Assembly (NCBI GenBank): GCA_903927505.1 | Contig: CAIYNF010000128.1 | Location: 39,636-103,635, forward strand | DNA length: 64,000 nucleotides | Direction of reading: 5' to 3' | Source of the DNA: an uncultured Bacteroidota bacterium | Lineage (GTDB): Bacteria; Bacteroidota; Bacteroidia; UKL13-3 | In this document: positions 32,628 to 40,807 of the stretch, one piece after another | How the letters are laid out: each line of letters begins with the position of its first letter | How positions within the stretch are numbered: position 1 is the first letter of the stretch | Position numbers and translations under genes: made by a program | Notes under the pieces: generated by a model | The model's input: the letters and a program-made list of their open reading frames with translations, nothing else | What the model was told of the DNA's origin: nothing | The model's database searches: none

Positions 32628-33545
32628 ATGAAAAAACAATATATTCTTTTCTTCTTTTTTATTGCTCTTTTTGCTGCAAATAGTCAAGCGCAAGATAAAA
32701 TGGTATTGCGTGGAAGTGTTGATACACTTCAGGTTAAAGTAATTGAATTAGGGGTAAATGATATTCGATACAAAACTTGGCCTGTAGACGATAACATGCC
32801 CATGATGGTGGAGAAAAAGGAGAGAATTAAAAAGATTATTTTTGAAAATGGCACCATCATGAAATTTGCTGAGGACGAATTTTCTAACCAAGAAAATTAT
32901 GTAAACCAGCGCAAAATGGCCATTAAAATGGATATGTTAAGTCCTGTGCGTAAAGTGTTTTCAGGTTCATTTGAATATTCGCTTAAACCTGGTATGAGCG
33001 CAGAAATAGGAGTAGGAGTGATTGGTATTTCTTCTTATGATAATTTCTTTTACTCCTTCTCAGAATCAGATGGTGGATTTATACGTTTGGGACTAAAATT
33101 AATACGTACACCAGATTATTACCTCAAAGGAATGCGCTATGCGCATATATTAAAAGGTGGTTACCTACGACCAGAATTAATCTTTTTACGCCACGATAAT
33201 TTTGGATATAGCAGAGATTATTGGGGCAATGGCAGTGCACCTGATAAACAAGTGATAAAAGTTACCGGCTACGCCTTTATGCTCAACTTTGGCAAGCAAT
33301 GGGTTTTCTCCAATATCTTTTGCGTAGACCTTTTTACAGGTATTGGTATTGGCAAAAAGAAATGGGACTATTACTACAACGGTAATTTGGTTCCTAGCTC
33401 AGGTAACAATTATTTGGGATCATTAACTGGATTCGACGTAGGTGGCTTTGGCTTTGCAAATTTCTCCCCAGAAAGCAATAGCGTTGCGCTTTCTTATCAA
33501 GCAGGTTTAAAAATTGGTTTGTTAATTGGCGGACAAGCCAAATAA
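32628..33545 (+). CDS. secreted hypothetical protein, paralog A2
   Basis: Signal peptide MKKQYILFFFFIALFAANSQAQD and the same conserved blocks as A1. Confidence 0.5.
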   Translation: MKKQYILFFFFIALFAANSQAQDKMVLRGSVDTLQVKVIELGVNDIRYKTWPVDDNMPMMVEKKERIKKIIFENGTIMKFAEDEFSNQENYVNQRKMAIKMDMLSPVRKVFSGSFEYSLKPGMSAEIGVGVIGISSYDNFFYSFSESDGGFIRLGLKLIRTPDYYLKGMRYAHILKGGYLRPELIFLRHDNFGYSRDYWGNGSAPDKQVIKVTGYAFMLNFGKQWVFSNIFCVDLFTGIGIGKKKWDYYYNGNLVPSSGNNYLGSLTGFDVGGFGFANFSPESNSVALSYQAGLKIGLLIGGQAK

Positions 33546-33589
33546 TTTAATTCAATTTCATTTTTCAAATATTTCTTTATCTTTCCATA

Positions 33590-34534
33590 GTGAAACAGGT
33601 AAAGATTGGTTTCTTATTTTTCTTTCTATTGCTTACCCAATCCTCTTGGGCGCAAGACCTCATTATCCTTCATCCAAACAGAGATACCCTGCACGTTAAA
33701 GTACTACAAATTGCTGCACGTGAGGTTTATTACACCACTACAGATAGCCAAAGTCGGTTCGACCCAAAACAGATTAAAACAGATTTAGTAGCCAGAATTG
33801 TATATGCAAACGGTACTGTAATTAGGTTAATGGAAGGACAAACAATTGAAGCTAACTTTTTAGGAAACAGAAATTTTGCCATAAAAATAGATCCTTTCAT
33901 CCCTTTATATGGCAGTACCTATTTAGCCATTGAAAGTAGTTTAGCTGCCAGGAGAAGCATGGAAATTGGCATTGGTGTTATTGGTGCTGGTTTGGCGCAA
34001 GATGCATACCTAAATAGGAAAGGGGCGTTTGCGCGTTTTGCCTATACCTTTTATTTAACCACTTTTAGACCCAAGCTTATATTAAAGCAACATCTTTTAA
34101 GTGGTTGGTATTTGCGACCATCAATTATTGCCAATTATTTTGAACTCAATGAAGTTTTTTTTAATACCAGCGCTTATCAATACATCAACGGGCAATCAAA
34201 ATACACCATTAGAAATATGGATAAACGTTTTGCTCGGGGAAGTGCCGGAGTGCTTTTGAGTTTAGGAAAACAATGGGTATTTAAGAACAGAATTTCTCTG
34301 GATTTGAGCTACGGATTAGGCCTGGGATATGGCTATCAAAAAGTAATCAATGAAACCATTTCTTATACAGAATATTTAGGCTATGGTTGGCAGGATAAAA
34401 TAGTGGAAGTTTATGACGTGGGCGCGGGAACCGGCATTCATATTAACCACAATAATAAATTTGCTTTTGCCATGGAAGGTGGCGTAAGAATGGGGTTTTT
34501 AATTCACCGCAATAAAAAAGCAAAGGCCTTCTAA
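33590..34534 (+). CDS. secreted hypothetical protein, paralog A3 (more divergent)
   Basis: Signal peptide plus ANGTVIRL and LGKQWVFKN blocks that line up with A1 and A2. Confidence 0.45.
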   Translation: MKQVKIGFLFFFLLLTQSSWAQDLIILHPNRDTLHVKVLQIAAREVYYTTTDSQSRFDPKQIKTDLVARIVYANGTVIRLMEGQTIEANFLGNRNFAIKIDPFIPLYGSTYLAIESSLAARRSMEIGIGVIGAGLAQDAYLNRKGAFARFAYTFYLTTFRPKLILKQHLLSGWYLRPSIIANYFELNEVFFNTSAYQYINGQSKYTIRNMDKRFARGSAGVLLSLGKQWVFKNRISLDLSYGLGLGYGYQKVINETISYTEYLGYGWQDKIVEVYDVGAGTGIHINHNNKFAFAMEGGVRMGFLIHRNKKAKAF

Positions 34535-34573
34535 AATGTATAAATAATTGGTGTACCTTGCTGTAACAAAACA

Positions 34574-35035
34574 ATGAATAAAATACTGCTCCTACTTTTT
34601 TCTCTTGTATTACTCTCCTCCTGTGGTGGAGGCGGTGATGGCTGTTATACCTATTATATTTATTCTACCGATATAAAATTTGCCGATACCAATGAAGTAA
34701 TTCATGTAATCACCTATCCAGATGTAAATATTACAGATACCATTGAAGCCAAAATTGCTAAGTTGAGAATCTCGGGAACCTTGCCAAGCAGAGCCATTGT
34801 TAGGAGCAGTAACCATGAATATGCCTTTACTTTTATGATGCAATTTTCTGTGAAGGCCGCAAGCAATGAAGACCCAACAGAGAACAATTATATCAAAACG
34901 TATAATGGGATTGAAATTAGAGAGAGCAACGCCATTTCTGCTAAAGTAAATACAACAACAGAATATGATTATTCTACTGGTTCTAGTTGCTGGGGTAGTA
35001 AGTATTTAGTTAAAGACCATGTGGTAGTGGAATGA
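34574..35035 (+). CDS. small lipoprotein, hypothetical
   Basis: MNKILLLLFSLVLLSSCGGGG, a lipobox followed by a Gly-rich linker. Confidence 0.45.
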   Translation: MNKILLLLFSLVLLSSCGGGGDGCYTYYIYSTDIKFADTNEVIHVITYPDVNITDTIEAKIAKLRISGTLPSRAIVRSSNHEYAFTFMMQFSVKAASNEDPTENNYIKTYNGIEIRESNAISAKVNTTTEYDYSTGSSCWGSKYLVKDHVVVE

Positions 35036-35691
35036 AAAAACTATTCCTACATATCTTAATTTTACAACTTGCTTGTTTTTCTGGCAGCGCACAATCCTTG
35101 CTATTGGAAGAGCCGGGTAATTTTATTGGCATACATGTCATTAGCAATTGGAACGCCCCGCTATTTGGCTCCTATTACCATATAAAAAAAGATGCTATTG
35201 GCTTTGGCATAAAAGCTGGACTTGGCGCTAAAAATGATGAGGGTTACGTGTATGAAGAGCCCTATAACAATACTTTAGGCTGGTCTGTGCTAAAATTTAA
35301 TTCAAGCTATTATTACCTTACGCCTGTTTTTATTCCAAGGGTTTTTAACAGAGAAAGTAAATTGTTTTTCTTAAGCATTGGTCTTCCAACAGGTTATTCA
35401 AAAGATCAGTTAATTATGAAAACCTCCAGCGATCCATTGTATGGTTCCATAACAAATACTTACCAGGAAACACATTTTTACCAAGGTGTGGAAGTAGAGT
35501 TACAATATTGGTTCGACATTGGACCCAGGCTTACATGGACAACGGGCATCAATACTGGAAAGTGCTTAATTGGTAAAGCGCCCTTTCAAGCGCAATTGTA
35601 TAATGGCAATGCATCAAACGTTTATTTTCCTGGTATGTCAAAGGGAATATATATCAACTTGCACCTTGGCTTAAGCTTTAAAATTAATTAA
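35032..35691 (+). CDS. secreted hypothetical protein (OM beta-barrel-like)
   Basis: Signal peptide MKKLFLHILILQLACFSGSAQS. The ATGA junction gives a 4-nt overlap with the upstream gene. Confidence 0.45.
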   Translation: MKKLFLHILILQLACFSGSAQSLLLEEPGNFIGIHVISNWNAPLFGSYYHIKKDAIGFGIKAGLGAKNDEGYVYEEPYNNTLGWSVLKFNSSYYYLTPVFIPRVFNRESKLFFLSIGLPTGYSKDQLIMKTSSDPLYGSITNTYQETHFYQGVEVELQYWFDIGPRLTWTTGINTGKCLIGKAPFQAQLYNGNASNVYFPGMSKGIYINLHLGLSFKIN

Positions 35692-35692
35692 G

Positions 35693-36184
35693 ATGACTAG
35701 GAAAAGCATATTCTTTCTGGTCTTTTTATTTTGGTCAATTGGACACCTAGCAGCGCAGGTGCTTATTATGGAAAATAAGAATATCAATAAAGTTTATTCC
35801 CTAAAACCGGGCAGGGCATTTTTTGTTCAAACCCTTGATGATCCTGCAGGGTATAGTACCAAAGTTATTTTCCTTTCCTATAAAAATGATACCATAAATG
35901 TAAAAGCACCAGGTAGAAAAGGAAAGGTAATACACTTGCCCTTATCGCATATTGCGGCCTTTTACGTGCAAAAACCTATTGCCTATAAATTACTTCGATT
36001 GGGAGTGATTGCCTATGGCATTATTTTTACCATTACCGCTGTGGTAGATGCCATAGATGATGAATATTATGCCTTACCGGGTGTTTTTGTTTCATTGCCG
36101 CTTATAAAAATTGGTATTGATATGAAAACAAAAGACCGCATTAATATTTCCAATTACGATTTTTTTAATGTGCCGCTAAATTGA
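35693..36184 (+). CDS. hypothetical protein D1 (signal peptide plus C-terminal hydrophobic helices)
   Basis: Starts 2 nt after the previous stop. Similar architecture to D2. Confidence 0.4.
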   Translation: MTRKSIFFLVFLFWSIGHLAAQVLIMENKNINKVYSLKPGRAFFVQTLDDPAGYSTKVIFLSYKNDTINVKAPGRKGKVIHLPLSHIAAFYVQKPIAYKLLRLGVIAYGIIFTITAVVDAIDDEYYALPGVFVSLPLIKIGIDMKTKDRINISNYDFFNVPLN

Positions 36185-36744
36185 GAGCTTTATTTTTCAT
36201 ATTGATTATGTATAGTTTGCCGCTCATGGCGCAGAATATGGAGAAACCCCAAGTGTTTTTTACCAATAAAAACTTTGGCACCACCAGAGGCTATGCCATG
36301 CACAGAACTTGTGTGGTGAAATTAAAATCTAAGCCCAATCAAACAAATGTATTTCCAAAGGCAATAGACAAATCAGGATTACTATTTAACCTGCGCCTCA
36401 CACAACAAAATGGATTGGAATTGGTGTTTAACGACAGCATTCACCTACAATACAATGAAATAGAATACTTGGTTTTTCAGGACAGAAAAAACAGCAATAA
36501 ATCCTTGTTGGCAGCAAGTATGATAGTTGCATTGGGTTATGGCATGGCCTATTCTAAAGGAACAGCCTTAATTGTTGGATTGGTTGTTGGTGTGGTTCCC
36601 ATCATCTTCTTAGCACAAATAAAAAGAGAGCGTATTTATACCCAAGATTGGAATTTAGACTTACAACATACACCGCAGTTGTATTACCCCAATAACCAAC
36701 ATTTATATTATAAATATTGGCCAGATTTGTTTGAACGGTATTAA
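36181..36744 (+). CDS. hypothetical protein D2 (signal peptide plus C-terminal hydrophobic helices)
   Basis: 4-nt overlap with D1. It is the last gene of the co-directional cluster. Confidence 0.4.
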   Translation: MRALFFILIMYSLPLMAQNMEKPQVFFTNKNFGTTRGYAMHRTCVVKLKSKPNQTNVFPKAIDKSGLLFNLRLTQQNGLELVFNDSIHLQYNEIEYLVFQDRKNSNKSLLAASMIVALGYGMAYSKGTALIVGLVVGVVPIIFLAQIKRERIYTQDWNLDLQHTPQLYYPNNQHLYYKYWPDLFERY

Positions 36745-36745
36745 A

Positions 36746-37360
36746 TTAATCGTTTAAATTTCCTTTTCCTTCGCGCACAATGATAGGTTCATCGTTGCTA
36801 CAATCAATAATGGTTGAAGGAGTTGTATCGCCCGCACCACCATCAATAACAAGGTCTACCAGGTGTTCAAATTTCTCATGAATTTCTTCTGGATCGGTCA
36901 TGTATTCTATAATAACATCCTCATGGTGAATACTGCTTACCACCAATGGCGAATCCAATTCTTTGATAATGGTTTGCGCAATGGCATTGTCTGGCACCCT
37001 AATACCAATTGTTTTTCTATTGCCAGCAAAGAGTTTGCTTACATGGTTATTGGCCTTTAAAATAAAAGTAAAAGCACCTGGTAAATTGTTTTTAAGCAAG
37101 CGGAAAATATGCTTGTCAATAGGAGCGGTGAGGTCGGAGATATGCGTTAAATCTGCACACAAGAGCGAATAGTTTACTTTCTCGGCCTTCTTTCCCATAA
37201 TTTTACTCATGCGTTCAATTCCTTTTTTCGAATCCATTTTGCAGGCCATGGCATAAATGGTATCGGTAGGAATAATAATTACCCCATCACGGTTTAATAC
37301 GTCAAGCACCTTTTTCAGCTCACGCGGATTGGGATTTTTAGGATGCAGTTCAAGTAGCAT
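36746..37360 (-). CDS. tsaC: L-threonylcarbamoyladenylate synthase (YrdC/Sua5 family)
   Basis: 204 aa with YrdC-domain features (IIIPTDTIYAM..., GIRVPD...). Confidence 0.72.
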   Translation of the reverse strand: MLLELHPKNPNPRELKKVLDVLNRDGVIIIPTDTIYAMACKMDSKKGIERMSKIMGKKAEKVNYSLLCADLTHISDLTAPIDKHIFRLLKNNLPGAFTFILKANNHVSKLFAGNRKTIGIRVPDNAIAQTIIKELDSPLVVSSIHHEDVIIEYMTDPEEIHEKFEHLVDLVIDGGAGDTTPSTIIDCSNDEPIIVREGKGNLND

Positions 37361-37482
37361 TTTTAATTATTTAGGGTCGAACCAAAAAAGAAACAGGTTT
37401 CAAATTTAAGGTAATATAACTTGTATTACCGAAAACTTGAAACCTGCATATAAAACAAGCCTTTGAGGCTTTTAGTTTAGAA

Positions 37483-38703
37483 CTATAAAGTACCAGCTAC
37501 TGCTTTTTGAACCAGATCTGCAGCTTCTTTCAATACAATTGCAGAGTATACTTGTAAGCCCGACTCATCAATTAATAATTTAGCTGCTTCTGCATTGGTT
37601 CCTTGTAAACGAACAATAATTGGAACAGGAATATTACCAATGCTTTTGTATGCATCAACAACACCTTGCGCCACACGGTCGCAACGAACAATACCACCAA
37701 AAATATTAATCAAGATCGCTTTCACATTTGGATCTTTTAAAATAATACGGAAACCTGCTTCTACTGTTTTAGCATTTGCAGAACCGCCTACATCTAAGAA
37801 GTTAGCAGGATCGCCACCAGACAATTTAATAATATCCATGGTTGCCATTGCTAATCCAGCACCGTTTACCATACAACCAACGTTACCATCTAATTTAACA
37901 AAATTCAAGTTGTATTCTGCTGCTTCTACTTCTGTAGCATCTTCTTCTGAAGTATCGCGCATGGCTTCGTAATCTGGGTGACGGTACAATGCGTTATCAT
38001 CAATATTTACTTTGCCATCTACAGCAATAATTTTATTGTCTGAGGTGCGCAAAACGGGGTTAATTTCAAACATGGCTGAATCAGATTTGTCGTATGCTTT
38101 ATATAAAGCAGTAGCAAATTTCACCATTTGTTTGAAAGCTTCACCTTCGCAACCTAGGGTAAAAGCAATTTTTCTAGCTTGAAAACCTTGTAAACCCACA
38201 TTAGGATCAACGGTTTCTTTGTGAATTAAATGAGGGGTATGTTCAGCAACATGTTCAATATCCATACCACCTTCAGTAGAATAAACAATAATGTTTTTGC
38301 TTTGACCTCTGTCAAGCATAACACTCATGTAATATTCTTTAGGTTCGTTAGCACCTGGATAGTATACGTCTTGGGCAACCAAAACTTTGCTTACCAATTT
38401 ACCTTTAGGACCAGTTTGAATGGTTACAAGTGTGCCACCAATAATATTACCTGCTATTTCTTTTGCTTTGTCAGCATTTTTAGCAACGGCAACACCACGT
38501 TGTTCTTTTCCAATAATATTACCTTTTCCACGGCCACCCGCATGAATTTGGGCTTTAACCACCACAAAATCACTTCCAAATTGTTCTTTCAATTTCAATG
38601 CAGCAGCATGGGCTTCATCGGCAGTCTCGGCAACTATGCCTTCCTGAACGGCAACGCCAAATGATTTTAAAATCTGCTTGGCTTGGTATTCATGAATATT
38701 CAT
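37483..38703 (-). CDS. sucC: succinate--CoA ligase [ADP-forming] beta subunit
   Basis: N-terminus MNIHEYQAKQILKSFGV on an ATP-grasp fold. Confidence 0.92.
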   Translation of the reverse strand: MNIHEYQAKQILKSFGVAVQEGIVAETADEAHAAALKLKEQFGSDFVVVKAQIHAGGRGKGNIIGKEQRGVAVAKNADKAKEIAGNIIGGTLVTIQTGPKGKLVSKVLVAQDVYYPGANEPKEYYMSVMLDRGQSKNIIVYSTEGGMDIEHVAEHTPHLIHKETVDPNVGLQGFQARKIAFTLGCEGEAFKQMVKFATALYKAYDKSDSAMFEINPVLRTSDNKIIAVDGKVNIDDNALYRHPDYEAMRDTSEEDATEVEAAEYNLNFVKLDGNVGCMVNGAGLAMATMDIIKLSGGDPANFLDVGGSANAKTVEAGFRIILKDPNVKAILINIFGGIVRCDRVAQGVVDAYKSIGNIPVPIIVRLQGTNAEAAKLLIDESGLQVYSAIVLKEAADLVQKAVAGTL

Positions 38704-38809
38704 TATTTATAAAATTTGTTGCGAAAATACGCTTTCAAACAACATTTGAAAGTATTTCTCTGCTATTGTGCAAAACACTTTTGTCTTTCTTACCTTCGGA
38801 TTTACAAAA

Positions 38810-40225
38810 ATGAAAACAGCTTTTCTTTTAACTCCCACAAAATCATGGATTTTACTCTTAATCCTTGGCTTTTTTGCCTTTTTCTTTCAATTGCAAAATC
38901 CTGTGGTAAGAGAATGGGATGAGGCCACTTATGGTATAAATGCCTACGAAATGAGTCAGAGCCACCATCCAATTGTGGTTACTTTTATGGGTAATTCCGA
39001 TGTTTATAATTCAAAACCACCCATGGGGTTGTGGTTTATGGCAATTTCAACAAAAGTTTTTGGCGTAAATACTTTTGCATTAAGGTTTCCATCTGCCTTG
39101 TTTAGTTTTCTGTTATGCCTATTTTTATTTTATTTTATACAAAAACGCTTTCAAAATATTTATTGGGCTTTTTATGCTGCCTTAATTCTTATGGCCAGTA
39201 TTGGCTTCACCGGTTGGCACGAGGCGCGCAGTGGCGATTTTGATGCCATGGTTGCCGTTGCCATTTGTGTCTATGTTTTGTTTTTTACCAGGGCTTTGCA
39301 CGATAAAATAGCAAGCGACATTAATTGGGCGTTTTTATTTGTAAGCATGGCCTGCTTGATAAAAGGCATATATGGCATTGTTGCCTTACCAGGTCTATTT
39401 ATATTTATGTTTTTCCAAGAAGATTGGAGATGGGCATTTAAACAAAGACAATTATACCTGGGTTTATTGTCGTTTTTATCTGTATTTATTGGCTATTACG
39501 CCTTACGTGAATATTTAAGTCCTGGTTATTTGCAAGCCGTTTTACAAAATGAAATAGGGGAGCGCGTGTTTTTAGAAACCAATATTCACAAAGAAGAAAT
39601 TCCTTTCTACTACCATAGCTACAAATTATTAGCTTATAGGTTTCAGCCATTCATATTGTTCATTCCTTTTGCTTTGGCTATGTTTTGGTTCGAACCGAAA
39701 GGAAAGCAAAAGCATTTCATAAGCGGCATTTTAGCAGCGGCTTTAAGTATTTGGTGCATCATCTCCTTTTCTAAAACAAAACTGGTTTGGTATGATGGAA
39801 GTCTTTATCCTTTGTTTGCAATTTTTATTGCATGGTGGCTTGCAAGAAAATCAATTCAATGGCAAAAATATATCAGCGCAGCAATCATCAGTATGGTAAT
39901 TTTTGTGGTTTATTTAAATGTACAGGAGAAAGATAGTTTTCAATTTCCACAGTTTTTAAAATCGGTTCGAACCGAAAAAAACACAGACAAAACCATTTTT
40001 GTGATGAGTAAAAATTTTGAACATCCTATACGCTATTGTTTGCTGCAGGATAGTTTAGCGGGCTGTAAAAATTATTTCAACAAACCTATAGATGCACTGC
40101 AAATAGGCAGTTTGGTGCTTGTGCGACAAGAAGAATTTGAAAAAGAATTGTCGGAGAAATTTGAATTGGAAGTAATAGCTTCTTTGGGTTCGGAAAAGCT
40201 AATTGAGTTGCTGGATAGAAAATAA
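38810..40225 (+). CDS. GT-C-fold glycosyltransferase, family 39 (ArnT/PMT-like) membrane protein
   Basis: Polytopic membrane protein with motifs resembling the ArnT/PMT family (DEATYG, PMGLWFMAIS...RFPSAL). Start at the internal ATG MKTAFLL. Confidence 0.6.
   Translation: MKTAFLLTPTKSWILLLILGFFAFFFQLQNPVVREWDEATYGINAYEMSQSHHPIVVTFMGNSDVYNSKPPMGLWFMAISTKVFGVNTFALRFPSALFSFLLCLFLFYFIQKRFQNIYWAFYAALILMASIGFTGWHEARSGDFDAMVAVAICVYVLFFTRALHDKIASDINWAFLFVSMACLIKGIYGIVALPGLFIFMFFQEDWRWAFKQRQLYLGLLSFLSVFIGYYALREYLSPGYLQAVLQNEIGERVFLETNIHKEEIPFYYHSYKLLAYRFQPFILFIPFALAMFWFEPKGKQKHFISGILAAALSIWCIISFSKTKLVWYDGSLYPLFAIFIAWWLARKSIQWQKYISAAIISMVIFVVYLNVQEKDSFQFPQFLKSVRTEKNTDKTIFVMSKNFEHPIRYCLLQDSLAGCKNYFNKPIDALQIGSLVLVRQEEFEKELSEKFELEVIASLGSEKLIELLDRK
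39687..39696. repeat. GGTTCGAACC palindromic decamer (exact)
   Basis: Coding: it encodes WFEP in the GT39-like gene. Confidence 0.9.
39964..39973. repeat. GGTTCGAACC palindromic decamer (exact; TCGGTTCGAACCGA 14-mer palindrome)
   Basis: Coding: it encodes SVRTE in the same GT39-like gene, 277 nt from the previous copy. Confidence 0.9.
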
Positions 40226-40235
40226 AAGCAAAAAA

Positions 40236-40733
40236 TTATTCGCTCGCATTTTCTGCTGAAGAACTTCTGTGAGTTTTACGGTGCCTTCTTTTCGATTTTG
40301 ATTCGCTGCTTGCAACTTCAGATCCAAGCGCCGTATCATCAGGTAAAAAACCTTTGAAGAAAAGCAATAACCAACCGCTAATAAAACAAACACCACCAAG
40401 TGGGGTAATAGCTCCAAGAATTCTGTATGAATCGTCGCCCCAAATGTTTCTAGTGGCCAATAAATATAAACTGCCAGAAAAAATCATAATGCCGGCAATA
40501 AATAAACCTAGCGACACGTCTAATTTAGTTTCTTCAAATTTTCTATGGCTCAATGACAAAATAATAATAGCCAAGGCATGGTACATTTGATAGCGAACCC
40601 CAATATCAAAGGTATTGAGCTCTGCTTCTCCAATCATTTCCTTCAAAATATGTGAGCCAAATGCGCCTAAAACAACAGCAAATGCTGCCAATAAAAAGCC
40701 TAATCGTGTATATATTCTATGTGTATGTTTCAT
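40236..40733 (-). CDS. DUF423 (YgdD/TMEM256-like) membrane protein
   Basis: LGAFGSH...YQMYHALA...FSGSLYLLA...PLGGVCFISGW aligns with E. coli YgdD. Start at the internal Met MKHTHRIY. Confidence 0.6.
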   Translation of the reverse strand: MKHTHRIYTRLGFLLAAFAVVLGAFGSHILKEMIGEAELNTFDIGVRYQMYHALAIIILSLSHRKFEETKLDVSLGLFIAGIMIFSGSLYLLATRNIWGDDSYRILGAITPLGGVCFISGWLLLFFKGFLPDDTALGSEVASSESKSKRRHRKTHRSSSAENASE

Positions 40734-40807
40734 GAACAAAGGGTGTGAACTTGTGAACAAGTTAAATGTAACAAGTGATTTTGTCAAATTAATTTTGACC
40801 ATTCATT

